Source: Octopus vulgaris
Lineage: Eukaryota
Length of the DNA stretch: 64,000 bases
NCBI GenBank assembly: GCA_951406725.2
Contig: OX597834.1
Coordinates: 31,744,001 to 31,808,000 of the forward strand
Direction: 5' to 3'
The notes beneath the pieces are model-generated. The model worked only from the letters and a program-made list of their open reading frames with translations, was not told the DNA's origin and ran no database searches. Both the position numbers and the translations under genes were made by a program. Each line of letters opens with the position of its first letter. Positions within the stretch are counted from its first letter, which is position 1. Below are positions 1-14,321 of the stretch, piece after piece.

Positions 1-920
1 ATTTCCCATTGTTCATGTTCACTCACCTGTAAACGAGCGACCCTGCAATGGACAGGAGTCCTATTCAGAGAGAATGTTGTGGTCTCGGTCCACTATTCAC
101 CATGGAAACAGGTAACCAGCTTGATGAGTCCTAGGAGTTGGGATGGTAATATCCCGGTCCTGTGTTGTTTAGAAATCACAAGCCAACCCCGACGCTGGGG
201 TCAACTCATAATTCCCTGCACAACACATCCCAAACAAGACTGCATCCATCAGTCAGTCCAGGGAGACAGGCAAAACAGAAACAACCTTGTCTGTCTTTTG
301 TCTTTTAGGTGCTTTGGTCATTGGACTGTGGCCATGCTGGGGCAACACCTCCAAGGATTTTAATCAAACAAATTCACCCCAATAGTTAGTTTTTTTTTTA
401 AAAGTCTGGCCCTTATTCTGTTGCTGCCATTTTGCTTAACTGCCAAGTTACAGGGGCTGTAAACAAACCAACACCACTCTCTCTGATACATGTTAGATAT
501 ATATAAATACATATATATAAATATATTTAGAGAGAGAGAGTGTGTGTGTGTGTATCCAGGAATACAATATCAGATATATGTCATTCTGCATCGGTGTAAA
601 TTTGGCTACTATTTCAAGCAAGCCAGTGAACCGCTTGGAGGGCTCCTTCATACAAACTCAACTCCAGATGCAGTGTAGTGTACAGAGATGTGGGTCTGTA
701 TATATATATATATATACATACACAAAAGCATATATATATATACACACATAAAAGCATAAATATATATATATATATCTACACACACACACACATATATAAA
801 TATACACACATATTTATAAATATACATATATATATATACATCGGTAAATATACATAAATATATATATATACATATATATATAGAAATATATATATATATA
901 TACATATATTATATATATAA

Positions 921-953
<33 letters not shown>

Positions 954-1814
954 TAGAAAGATAGATAGATATATGCTTGTATGTGTGTGTGTATATTTTT
1001 TTCAATTTTTTTCCCTGGATATACTTCACACTGCGCTTGGAATCCAAGGTACCGAAGTACCGAATGAGAGCGGTAGGATAACGGAGACAGTATGGTGCCA
1101 GCATGGAGACTCTGCGAATGCTAAGGAAGTGCAACACATAGAAGGATTCTTGATTAAAGCGACAAACGAAGGAATAGGCAGCTTACAATGAGATCTGTGA
1201 AAGATGCTGTTTTTGGCACAGCAGGAATTTTCAGTGTCTTGGTGTACCAAATTCTCTCATTTAAACAATATTATAAGAAATGCTAATGAATAAAGGGAAG
1301 GGGTGGAGAAGAGGGAGAAGAATTGGGGGGAGGGGAGAATGGGAAGTGGGTGAGGGGTTAGGGAAAGGCATCAGAAAGAAAAGAAAAAGACCAGAATGGA
1401 AAGAGAAGAAATTTTTTTTTTTTTGGGATATATTTTTTCTTTTTCCTTTTCTTTTTTTTTTCATTTATTCATTGCTGCATTGTGTAAGAAAATTAGATTC
1501 ACAAGCCAAAAGCTACACCATATATGTGTGTGTGTGTGTCTGTCTATCTGTGTGTACGTGTGTGTGTGTGAGCACACATTCATATAATGCATGTATATAT
1601 ATCCAAACATACATGTGTGTGTGTATATATATATATATATATAGATATAGATAGATAGATAGATAGCTATATGTATGTATCTATATACATATATATATAT
1701 ATATATATAATATATGTATGTACATATGTGTGTATGTTTCTGTATGTATTTCCATGGATGTGCGTATGTAAATATATGCATAAGTATATATTTGTAGATA
1801 TGTGTGTGTGTACA

Positions 1815-1885
<71 letters not shown>

Positions 1886-2664
1886 GTACATATATATTTT
1901 ATATTAATATATATATAGAGAGAGATAGGTTTATGGAAATAGATAAGTATGCATAAATATGTGTGTGTGTGTTTATATATGCACATGAATATGCATGTAT
2001 GTATATATATATATATGTGTGTGTGTGTGTATGCATGCAATGAATGTCTAATATGTAAAGATACATTGATTACTATTGAAGTGAGGAGAAAGACAAAGAG
2101 TGAAAGAGAGTAAATGAGAAGGAGAGAGACAATGACAGAGAGAGAGGGAGGGGAGAGGGAAATATCATTTTGAAGAAAGGATGGTCTCCTTGGATTTCTT
2201 ATCATTGATTAGAAGAAGAATTTAACCTCCTGGCATTACATATGAGTGCATAAACACATACACACATGCATACTGTAAGACGCATATACATATTTACATA
2301 TATCAACATCATACATATATATATATATATATATTATATATATAGATATATAGATACATGCATATATAGATATATATGTATGAATATATATATGATGTGT
2401 GTGTGTGTATATGTACATATATATATATATATATGTGTGTGTGTGTTTGTATGTTTATGTTATATATATATATATATCTGCCTTTCTATCTATATACATA
2501 TATATGCATGTGCATATAAATATATATATATATATTATAGATAGATACATACATATATATACGTATATAAAAACACACTCACACACATAAATGTAATATA
2601 TTTATATATGCATATACGTTTATATGCATACATATATACATACATCCACGCACACATACAAACC

Positions 2665-2715
<51 letters not shown>

Positions 2716-3389
2716 TTACATATACATCTGCCAACAAAACACGCATTGCCTTCGCAAAGCACATCCTAGGCAACTAAACCATCTCTAAATGAAGTATTAT
2801 TCAATTAAAGTGCACAATGAGTAATTAAAAATTAAACGAGGACCAACCTTCGTTAAATATGGAAAGGATGGAACAGAAAGAATGAATCTCTGGTAAACTA
2901 TGCAATCAAAATATGTATATATTCATCTTATGAAAGCATGGCTGTGTTGTTACGAAGCTGTGGTTTCAGGTTCCGTCCCTCTGTGCAGCACCTTGGGGAA
3001 ATGTATTTTACTATAGCCTCAGGCCAATAAATGGGTTTGGTAGATGGAAACTGTGTGGAAAGCTCCTTGTCATCATTATCATTTAACATCTGTTTTTCAT
3101 GCTGGCATGTGTTGGACAGTTTGACAGGAGTTAGTTAGACAGAGACCTGCACCCAATTCCAATTTTCTGTTTTGGTATGATTTTTACAGCTGGATACCCT
3201 ATCCTAACACCCACCACTTTACAGAATGGACAGGGTGCTTTTTATGTGGCACCAGCATGAGTGGAGTTGCTAAATAGCTTGCAAGACAAAAGCCTCTCAG
3301 CTAGGAGAAGTGAAACCGAGTGAAGTGGCTGTGTGGCAGGCAAGAGGTTGTATACATACATATATTTATTTATTTAACTGGTACTCCAT

Positions 3390-3682
3390 CACTTATGGCA
3401 ATGTGGGTTCCAGTTAATTCGATCAGTCGAACAGTCTGCTTGTGAAATTAATGTACAAGTGGCTGAGTGCTCCACAGACAAGTATACCCTTAATGTGGTT
3501 CTCAGGGAGATTTAGCATGACACAATGTAACAAAGCTGGCTCTTCGATATATAGGTACAACTCATTTTTGCCAGCTGAGTGGACTGGATCAACATGAAGT
3601 AAAGTGTTTTGCTCAAGGAGAATAAAAATCACAACCTTACGATCATGAGCTGAATACATAACCCACTTAACAACATGCCTTC
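3390..3682 (-). mobile_element. tRNA-derived SINE family D
   Basis: Homologous to 46345-46650; the tRNA-like head is shared with 27040-27350(+) and 59778-59960(+). Confidence 0.65.
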
Positions 3683-3687
3683 ATATT

Positions 3688-4882
3688 TACAGGATGCAAT
3701 GGGTAAATTGTTGCCATTTTATATTTTTAATTTCGCGCATGCTCATTGTTTGTTTTTGATTTTGTTGACTACACAGTGTAGTAGGGTCAGTTGGGCACTG
3801 TCTGTGAGAAAAACAGCACCACGATGCAATTCATTGTGCTAGAAATTTGGAAATGACATGCTGTACTGTTTGGCATTTGTGTCAGAAGCTCCAATACGAA
3901 CATTTCTGAGAGTTTGGGGGGCAATCTGAGGACAGTGCAGGAAGTTCAGAGAAAGTTGGATGGGTCTAATGGTGATTACGAAGGTGTGGCAGTTCAGAAA
4001 ACTCACTCTGTTCTGACAAGAGAAGAACTGAATTGGTTGGTGAGATCCAGACCATGTCAATCAGGTTCATTGCCAGGGACATGGGAGTGCCTCAGTTGCT
4101 TATCAGGTAGGTAGTGCATGGAGACATTTGATATTCCTCATACAAGATGAGAAAGGGCCAATTTTTATCCCAAACCATCAAGGACAAGAAACTCAAGCAT
4201 CCCCTCCAACTCAACATATTTTGGTTTTTCTCAGACAAGAAAAATTTTTGTCAGGATCAGAGGGTGAACACACAGAACAACTGTTGGCTTGCTGTGTCCT
4301 CAAAACATGTACTGAGAGAGATAAAAATCAAACATCCAGTCAACATCATGGTATTTGGAGTGATCGCTAGCGATGGAGATGTTTTGCCACCATTTATCTT
4401 TGCACACATCCACAGACTCAACACAGAAGCCTACATCAAGTGCCTGGGGGAGGTAGTGCTGCCCTGGCTCAATACAGTGGCTGCTGGAAGACCCTATGTC
4501 TGGCAATAGGACTGACCTATGCCACACAAGCAGGAGAACCCAGTCATGGTTGTCAGATAATTTCTGCAGCCATATCACCCCTAACATCTGGCCACCTAAC
4601 TCCCCACATTGCAACCCCCTTGATTATTATGTGTGGGGCTCACTTGAGCAAGAGAGCAACAAAACTCCTTGTAACACCAAAGATGAACTGAAGGTAAGGA
4701 TTATGGCAGCACTCACCAACTTAAACAAGGAGACCATCCAGAAGAGTTGCAGGAGATTCTGAAGTCATCTGGAGGCCGTGGTTGAAGCCAATGTTGATTT
4801 TATTGAATAAATTTACTCTAATATTTCAAGATATTTTTATGTAATTTTGGTAAATATGTCTGTTAAAATGAAATGTCACTGT
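3688..4882 (+). mobile_element. Decayed Tc1/mariner DNA transposon, DD37D (maT-like)
   Basis: Frameshifted transposase: WFFSDKKNF, VFGVIASDG, YVWQ(Q)D..CHTS..WPPNSPHCNPLDYYVWG, with about 37 residues between the second and third catalytic D after frameshift repair. Left end TA-CAGGATGC. Confidence 0.88.
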
Positions 4883-5191
4883 ATGTGAGTGAGGGCACAT
4901 GACTTAGGGGTTTGGATATTCAGCTCACTGAATATTAAGATCATGAGTTCAATTCTCAGCGATGTATGTGGATAACATGTGTCTATGTATTTATGCATAT
5001 AGATAACTGTAAGTGAATATGTTTTCATGTGGGTATGTCTGTTTATGTGTATGTATATATGTAGGTATATATTAATTAATATAAATATAAGTCTGTATGC
5101 ACATATATATATGTGTGTGAGTGTTAAATAAAATGGGACAACAAACCAAGGCAGTGTGAAATTTCTAGGACATTTTATAAAGAGAAGGGTG

Positions 5192-5240
5192 GTCTTACAG
5201 CTGTTTCAGGGATTATAAAAGATATCCCATCATCAGAGAC
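5192..5240 (-). ncRNA. Minimal type-I hammerhead ribozyme motif (Penelope-like terminal repeat)
   Basis: Minus strand reads GTCT-CTGATGA-T-GGGAT(loop)ATCCC-T-GAAAC-AGCT-GTA-AGAC: core boxes, stem I GTCT/AGAC, stem II and a palindromic stem-III loop. Confidence 0.6.
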
Positions 5241-5342
5241 AATATGAGAGCATTAAATAGACAGAAATAGTAGAGATCAATATAAGAAGTACTTCCTATA
5301 TCTATCCCTTCCCAAAATAACCCCTTATACTGAACTCTGCTA

Positions 5343-5866
5343 CAGGGTGCGGCAAAATGATCCGACATATTTTTAGGTTTAATAAAAGCGAAACAGAGTA
5401 AAGAACGAAAGATGTGTTTTTATTTTCGAAATGCCCATATAATGCCATTTTGTTTCATTTGATTTTTAAAATTAAATCAGTCAACTGGGTGCTGTTTCTA
5501 TCAACACACTATCCACAAAAGTTGTCCATTACTCAGTAGGTTATTTCATGTGGAATGGCAGCAATTTCTTGACGAATGACATCTTCTAATTGTTCAATAG
5601 ATCAAAGGCGTTGAGTGTATGCCTCTGATTTCATGTATTTCCACGGGAAAACATTGCACAGGTTCAGATCAGGTGATTGGCTAACCAATGTCACCGTGCA
5701 ATGAGATCAAATGACCAGGGAACATCTCCCTCAAAATCCCCATCTCACATCATGGAGTGTGGGCTGTTGCCCTATCCTGTTGAGACCAAACATTGTCCCT
5801 ATCATCAAGTTTATTCAATTTAGGTTTCAGAAAGTTCTAAACCATCACACAATATCGATCAGAATT
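5343..5866 (-). mobile_element. Tc1/mariner transposase 3' fragment with terminal repeat (DD41D/rosa-like)
   Basis: Minus strand reads WSQQDRATAHT..EMFPGHLISLHGDIG..PDLNLCN..WKYMKS..IEQLEDVIRQEIAAIP with stops; TA-CAGGGTG end. Confidence 0.75.
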
Positions 5867-6849
5867 CACACATATAAATATATATATATATGGCACGTAA
5901 AAAGCACCATCCGATCGTGGCTGTTGCCAGCCTCGCCTGGCACGTAAAAAGTACCCACTACACTCATGGAGTGGTTGGCGTTAGGAAGGGCATCCAGCCG
6001 TAGAAACATTGCCAGATCAGACTGGGCCTGGTGCAGCCTTCTGGCTTCCCAGACCCCAGTTGCACCGTCCAACCCATGCCAGCATGGAAAGCGGACGCTA
6101 AACGATGATGATGATGATATGTATACAGAGAGATAGATATGTACATATACATACATATCTGTGTGTGTACATAAAGACAGATACATACATACTTAGACAA
6201 ATATATAGACATACAAATACAAACATACATACAACACACACACACACACACACATTCATCTCATTGCTCTTCAATTCACCATAATTTCTTGATGGCAGAA
6301 TATGCTGCATTCCCTCTGAAGTAAGACAGACTAAGAGATAATTCACATACGAAGAAATGGTAGTAATCTGTGATTTGTTCAAATTAAACAATTTGTACTG
6401 GTTCCATCGGCTTATCTGTTTTAGACACCTTTTAATGAAGTTCTAGAGAAGGAAATAGGAAGTGATTAATTCAGAGGGAGTGAGGGGGGATTGGGGAGAA
6501 GGGTAGAGGGAGAAACAGGGTGAGAGAGAGAGAGAGAGTGAGTGTGTGTGTTAATGGTATGTGTCTGTGTATGCATGTGTGTATGGGTTTGTGACTGTGA
6601 AAAGCAGAAGTGTTAGGGATGTGTGTATGAGTATGTACGTGTGCATGTGAGTACAGTGTTTGTTGCATAAATATGTAAAATAGCATTTGTAAATGTGTTT
6701 GCGTGTGTTGTTTATGTGCATGTGTATATGTAAATGCTGCTCGTGTTTATGCTATAGTTTTATGTTTGTATATGGATGTGTGTGTATACACACACACACA
6801 CACACAAACAACATGCATAGATAAACAGACTGACAAAAGCATAGACAAA

Positions 6850-6884
6850 TTGATAGATAGATAGATAGGCAGAGATACTGACAT

Positions 6885-6916
<32 letters not shown>

Positions 6917-7215
6917 GAAGACAGGCAGGTAGATAGATTGATAGATAGGCAGAGAGAGAGACAGATAGATAGATAGATAGATAGATAGGCAGAGAGACTG
7001 ACATATAGATAGATAGATAGATAGATAGGAAGACAGGCAGGTATTTAGATTGATAGATAGATAGATAAATAGATAGGCAGAGAGAGACAGATAGATAGAT
7101 AGGCAGAGACTGATGACATATAGATAGATAGGAAGACAGAGAGGTAGATAGATAGATAAATAGAAGGATGGATAGAAAGACATAGATAGGCAGGCAGATA
7201 GATTAATAGATAAAG
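6850..7215. repeat. Compound (GATA)n repeat with higher-order duplication
   Basis: Recurring GATAGGCAGAGA..CTGACATATAGAT and GGAAGACAG blocks. Confidence 0.85.
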
Positions 7216-8379
7216 AGACAGACAGACAAATAAACTTATAGAAACTTCTAGATAAATTATTCCAGTATTATCAGTTAGACTAAAAACGATGCCAGAATGG
7301 ATCTTGTCTTTAATGCCAACAGATATATATTTTCCCAAAATTTGTTTTAGCTGACATTAATTGAATATGTATCTCTTGCTTGTTGTTCATAGATTTTAAA
7401 AATACCTAGGGGGAGTTTTTCTCTACTAAACATAAGGACAATCTTAGTTAAAGTCTTTCAACTCATATTATGTCATATTTGTCATTATCTATCTTTCTAT
7501 CTAATGATCTACCATCATTTTACACACACACATTTATATATCCATATATATGTATTTATGTATATATCCAAATGTATATATTTATACACACACACATGTT
7601 TATGTATATATATGTATACATATATATGTGTGTATCTATATTATGTGTGTGTGTGTGTGTGTATTGTATTATATAAGTCAAAAGTATTGAGAGAAGCCAG
7701 ATTAGATGAAGTTGAAATATACACATATGTACATATACATATATATATATATGTGATAGATAGACATTCAAATACAAACATACAAGCATGCACACACACT
7801 AAAGTTTCAGACACTTATGCCAAAGCACATTACCTCTGGTTTCATGTAAGAAAGACACTCAAAGTATGTCTGAAGAAAACAATCTTAAAATCCTCAGACC
7901 TATTTAAATAACATATGGATTAACCAATATCACTACTTTGTGAAGTTTCATAGAGATAAGAAAGATTAGTTACAACGTATTCCATTGTCAGAAGCATATT
8001 ATTCTTACAATGTAATAGGTTGAAACTAATCTTTTGTGTTGCAGGCAATATGCACAGATTTGAACTAATGATGCAACTATTCTAGAAACAGCTGTAAAGT
8101 ACTATCTACACACCTTTTTCTGCCTGTTCCACATTTTCTTTTTTATTTGTGAAACTGTTGATCTATGTACCAACACTTTGGACTTCCTTTTTCCTTTACC
8201 CTGGGATGTATCTATCTACATCTGACCTATTACAACCTTTTCACATTCAGGGTTCTTCATGATTTTCTGCTGTATGAATATTTGCATTTCTCTTTGGTAT
8301 GTTATATAAGTATAAATATGTTATAGATTAAATTGATATCTGGAAAATGATTATGCTTTCCTTCTGTTATACCTCCATC

Positions 8380-8820
8380 ACTCATGTGGTGAACACACAG
8401 TCCATGTTTTCCTCAGTGGGGCAGTTGCAGGGCATTGAGACCTTGGGTCATCTTCAAACTCTCCCTTCACCTACCAAATTCAGCTACCCACTTTTGCACT
8501 GTTGACAAAGCTGGAGCATCATCCGCTAATATAGCAACCATGCAATTGGCATGAATGTCCTCGAGGCTAAGGCCTTTTTCTACAGGAACTTGATATCACC
8601 CAACTGTGAAATTTTGTCCATTTTCAAGAGAAGTTGTTACCAATTCAATTGCAGCGTGGAAAGTGTTTATAAGCCATTTAAGAAACACGCAAAAGCCGTT
8701 CGATTCACTTCAACATTTAAGATGTCAGTTTACCTGGAAAGAAACAAGGCAGTTCTTAATAAGAAGAGTTTTGAAACTAATGCATCCAAGATTTCACAGC
8801 TCTAGCATCACTCCTTCATA
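8380..8820 (-). mobile_element. Mariner transposon 5' fragment (HTH region)
   Basis: From ATG at 8621: MDKI..IKFL*KKGLSLEDIH..LADDAPALSTVQKWVAEF..(RES)LEDDPRS..TEENMD. Confidence 0.78.
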
Positions 8821-10646
8821 GTCAGCCTATGATCTTTTCAGCCCACCTTCATTTATAACCCAAGGCCAACTAAAGTGTTTGTGAGTGGATATGGAAAGAA
8901 ACTGAAAGAAGTCCATTTTATATGCGTATATGTGTGTATGTATATATATGTTTGCATATTCGTGTATGTGTATATGTTTGCATATATGTGTGTGTACGTA
9001 TATATATATGTGTTTGTATATATGTGTATACATATATATATATGTATATGTGTGTACGTATATTGTATTTGTGTATACGTATATATGGGTATATGTGTGT
9101 ATGTATATGTATGTTTGTGTGTGTGTTGTCTTGACATCATTTTACAGCTGTAAACAAATGTCACTGTCCTACAAGCGAGGTTGTTTGTTTCTATTCTTCC
9201 GTTAAAAACATGTCCAGATATGGGAAACGGTTGTCTTGCTTGGAGACAGGGGGAGGTGACGGGAGGGGGTATTAGGGGGAGAAAATTTGCCTCTGTAGAT
9301 GCTGAAATGATGGTGGTGGTGATGATGAATAATGCTGTATATACCTATACACACAATCACACATACACATCCATGCACACACACACACACACATACATAG
9401 GCACATCCATGCACACATAGTGGTATAAATAGAATATATATAGACAAAGAAAGAGTGTGTGTCTGTGTATGAGAGAGAGAAAGAAAGAAAGATAAAGAAA
9501 GGAAGAAATAAAGAAGGGAAGAAAGGAAAGGAAGATAGAAAAAAGAAAAAGAAATGAAGATGGGAGGGAAGAAAAAATAGAGGAAGAGAGAAAGAAAACA
9601 AAAGGAAGAAGGAAGGAAAAAAGGAAAAGAAACGGAAAAGTGCAACAACAATATCAACAACAACAACCTATACATAAGAATTTCCAAAGTTCTGAAAGGC
9701 ATTTGGTGTTGTTGTTTCTGTGTAAGTCTTGGTATATAAAGGACATGTGATTGTGTGGCTAGCATGACCTTTAAGAAGAAACAATCCGTCAGAAGAAGGA
9801 GAGAAATGTACAGTGACATATTGGGGTGGGATGGGGATTTGACGGAAAGGTTAAAGGGTGGAGCTGGAGAAGCAGGCATGAAGAGGATGATGGTGGTGGT
9901 GATGATGGTGACATTGGAAGCAGTGGTAGTGGTGGTGGTGGTGGGGTGATTGGTAGTCATCATCGTCATCATTTTAGTCGTCGCTGTTGCAGTGGTGGCA
10001 GCGGGAAATGGTATTAAAATCTTCTACAAGAAAAGAAGAGAAAAAGAAAAATACATCATCATCATCATCTTCGACAACAAAACAGAACAATACGAAGACT
10101 AAGTTTTGAAGACACATAAAGAAGAAGAACAATAGCAAATAGAAAATGGACAAGATGCTAAGGGACCTCATCATCATGATCATTGTCAGCAGCATTGTCA
10201 AGATCATCATCATCATGGTTGTCATCATATCATCATCGTTATCATTGTTGTAATCATCATCGTTGTCGTTGTCATTTGACATCCATGTTCTGTGCTGGCA
10301 CCAGATCAAACAGCTTCAAAGACTGTTGCATGTTCCATTGTCTGCTTTGACATGATTTCCATGGTCGGATGCCCTTCTTCATGCCAACCATTTGCAGTGT
10401 GTTGTGGCACCAGCGCTAGTGAGGTCACCTTGCACCTTGCTAGACCAAGAGCTCCCCTTTGAGTGAGTGGGGCTGCAATAGAGAGAGTGGTATCTTTACA
10501 TCAGGAAACAAGAGGTTTAAGTATGAAAAAAAGGGTCCACAACAGAACAGGTTCCCTGCTGCAGAGGAGGTACATGGTTACTCATACGTTTTAGAAAAGT
10601 GGGTAGAAGTAACTAGGTTGCAGGGGAAAAGAGAGATAAAATAGCA

Positions 10647-10703
<57 letters not shown>

Positions 10704-10739
10704 TTATATGTATATGTGTGGTGTATGTGTACATATGTA

Positions 10740-10778
<39 letters not shown>

Positions 10779-10969
10779 TAAATGATATATATATATATCA
10801 TCATCATTTAACGTTCACTTTCCATACTGGCATGGGCTGGACGGTTTGACTGAGGATGGTAAGCCAGAAGGCTGCACCAGGCTCTAATCTGATCTGGTGT
10901 GGTTTCTACAGCTGGATGCCCTTCCTAATGCCAACCACTCCGAGAGTATAGTGGGCGCTTTTTTTTTTG

Positions 10970-11424
10970 CTGCACCTCTTATTTGTCCATAGCTTACTCT
11001 GGGTACATCTTATGGAGTTTCTACCTGAAGGGGTTTGATTTGTCCACCTTCCTACTTACTAGGACTTTGGTTTTTGCTAGATTGACTCCAAGGCCCCTTG
11101 ATTCTAGACTTCTCCCTTAGTTCTGATAGTAACTCAGCTATTAGAGCAAGGTCATCAGCATAGAGGATCCTGTCTTGAATTCATCTATTATTGCCTGGAG
11201 GACTATGATGAATAAGAGGAGGCTGAGGACTGATCCTTGGTGGACGCCTACTCCTACCTAGAATTCTTCACTGTACTTGTTGCCAACCCTCACCTTACTA
11301 ACAGTATCCCTGTACATGTTTTGTACGACTCTGACTAACCATCTATCCCTAGTTTCTGCATTGACCACCAGATAAGGGATCAGGGGACCCTGTCAAGGGT
11401 TTTCTCCATGTCTATAAAAGCCAA

Positions 11425-11430
<6 letters not shown>
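10970..11430 (-). mobile_element. RTE-clade LINE reverse transcriptase fragment
   Basis: YLAFIDMEKTLDRVP..GVHQGSVLS..LYADDLALIAE, disrupted. Confidence 0.85.
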
Positions 11431-11456
<26 letters not shown>

Positions 11457-13251
11457 TCTTTTATTCTTTTACTTATTTCAATCAATTGACTGCAGACATG
11501 CTGGAGCACTGCTTTTAGTCAAACAAATTGTCCCTAGGACATATTCTTTGTAAGCCTAGTACTTATTCTATGGGTCTCTTTTGCCGAACTGTTAAGTTAC
11601 GGGGATGTAAACACACCAGCATCAGTTGTCAAACAATGGTGCAGGGACAAACACAGGCACACAACCATACATATATATGTATGTATGTATATATGACAGG
11701 CTTCTTTCAGTTTCCATCTATCAAATCCACTCACAAGGCATTGGTCGGCCTGAAGAAGACACTTGCCCAAGATAGATTGATAGATGTATATGTATGTATG
11801 TACATATATAGTTCGCATTTACAGAAAACAAAAGACTAAGACAGGTGAAGGAACAACAAGCAGGTGTATTAATTAGTTTCATACTCGGCAAGAATGGAAG
11901 TCTTTGACATTCCAAGCCTATCCTCTTTGACAGAAAAGGATGAGAGGAAAAAATGGAGAGAGAAAAACAATGTGCTGAGATTAATGGTTTAACATAATGA
12001 AATGAATGTGTGTGTGTGTGTGTGTGTGTCTTTTTTCGTATAATTAGTCTTGATGTACACATAAAGCTATAAATATTAGGTTGAAAATCCCTTTACAACA
12101 GAAAAAAATCAGTCTGCCTGTGATCATCATCATCATCATCGTTTAACGTCCGTTCTCCATGCTAGCATGGGATAGACGGTTCAACTGGGGTCTGGGAAGC
12201 CAGAAGGCTGCACCAGGCTCCAGTCTTATCTGGCAATGTTTCTACAGCTGGATGCCCTTCCTAACGCCAACCACTCCGTGAGTGTAGTGGGTGCTTTTTA
12301 CGTGCCACCTGCACAGGTGCCAGGCGAGGCTGGCAACGGCCACGGTCGGATTGGTGTATTTTATGTGCCACCGGCACGGAAGCCAGTCGAGGCGGCGCTG
12401 GCATCGGCCACGAGTCGGATAGTGCTTTTTACGTACCACCAGACCAGGGATCCTGGCTGGTTCAATTCGATTTCGCTTGCCCCCTCTAGACATAACAGGA
12501 GTTGTGGGTTCAATACCCATGAACAGCTTTGACATTTTCTGTCCAAAAGTGTTTTTTTTCAACACAATATCTACATGTTGTTATTCATAGCTTGCTTTGT
12601 ATGCTTCAAGGTATTCCTAAACAGAACCATTTCATGTTCTCCTGCAAATCTGTGAACTTCTTATGACATCATACAAGAACTGCTAGATACTACAAGCTTC
12701 TACACACATATATATATAACGGGAAGCTTTATGAAAATAGACAAAAGACGAAGGCAGGTTTACGGAAATAAACAAAAGATGAAGGCAGGTGGAATACAAA
12801 CAAACAATTGTATTAGTATGGCGCTCAGGAATATAAATAAAACAAGTCTTTAACGTTTCGAGCCTACACTCTTCAACAGAAAGAAGGAGAGAAAAAAAAT
12901 GCGTGCAGAGGCTAGCGAATCAACATGGCGATCTGATTTCGGCCAGAAGTCAGAGATCAGATGTTAGACGCAAGAGGGATAGTAGGGGAGATAATAGGGT
13001 TGTGTGTGTGTATGTGTGTGTTGACACCTAGAAACGCATCCAGCTGTAAAAGCCATGCCAAAACTGACCTCGCCTGAGCTGGTGCCATGTAAAAAGCACT
13101 CAGCCCACTCTGTGTTATAGCATCCAGCTATAAAAACCCTGCCAAAACAGACACAGAAGACTGGTGCATCTGCCAAATTGTCCAATCCACACCAGCATGG
13201 GAAGCAGACTTTATATGATGTTGATGATGATATATATATATATATATATAT

Positions 13252-13476
13252 AGTGTTGGCCAAAAGTCACCCGACAGTAAATCAAAATTCCATAAATACT
13301 TAATATTCAATTTTATTTATTCATTCCAATTATGAATGTTTAATAATTGAATGCTGTGAGTTAAAATCACTGTTTATTTAGATGCTTTTATTAAATTCAT
13401 TCAGTTGTTAAGCATAAATAAATCTCGGAATTAAATGGTTTTGATTTTCTGTCAGGTGACTTTTGGCCAACCAATA
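13252..13476. mobile_element. Tc1-like MITE
   Basis: TIRs GTTGGCCAAAAGTCACCCGACAGTAAATCAAAA / TTTTGATTTTCTGTCAGGTGACTTTTGGCCAAC, set in TA runs. Confidence 0.8.
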
Positions 13477-13527
13477 TGTATATATATATATATATATATA
13501 TATTAATTTATATATATATATATATTA

Positions 13528-13565
<38 letters not shown>

Positions 13566-13819
13566 GCAAAATAATAAATAAAACATATGCATATATACAT
13601 ACATATATGTACATACCTACATCTATATATATATATACATGCATATATGGGTACAGGACACCAAAAAAACGTCGAACACAGTGAGAAACGAAAACATAAA
13701 AGCAAAACCAAGGAACTGGACATTTTTCTTAAACAACGAAAAACAGAGTACAAGACATACAACACAAGGAAAATTCCCCCTCTTCAGCCACCTCTGTTTC
13801 ATCTACTCTGCATTTCGAA

Positions 13820-13859
<40 letters not shown>

Positions 13860-14140
13860 AAAATCATGAGCAAGGATAATAAACTGCAATAATCTGGTAT
13901 TTAGAGGGTCTTAAGTGTTCAACTTTACCTTAGGGTTCAGAAATGTAAAAGAAACTTTAAGGTTACATTGAAGGAAGATCATCGACACCTGACTCATCTG
14001 TAGACCAAGTTTCAGATGCAAAACTTCAATGAAATATAAAAAGAAAAAAATGGTAATCTTTAAAAAAAAAAAGTTATAAATAATGTGGTGCTCCCACATG
14101 GCAGCAGTCCATTGAATGACAGCACTAAAAATATAAAAGA

Positions 14141-14174
<34 letters not shown>

Positions 14175-14321
14175 ACACACATATATATGTGAGTGCATGT
14201 GTATACATACATATATATGTGTGGGTGGGTGTAAGAGAGAAAGAGAGAGCAAGATAGATAGAATAACAGATAGGCAAGCAGGCAGATATATATATATATA
14301 TATATCTAATTGCAGCTGAGA

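Noticed and set aside
814-1137. Minus-strand ORF start resembling a mitochondrial targeting peptide (MLHFLSIRRVSML...)
   Set aside because: No splice donor before it runs into microsatellite, and no downstream exon was found.
3688-4882. Functional or domesticated transposase
   Set aside because: Multiple frameshifts and stops, including at the QQD catalytic motif.
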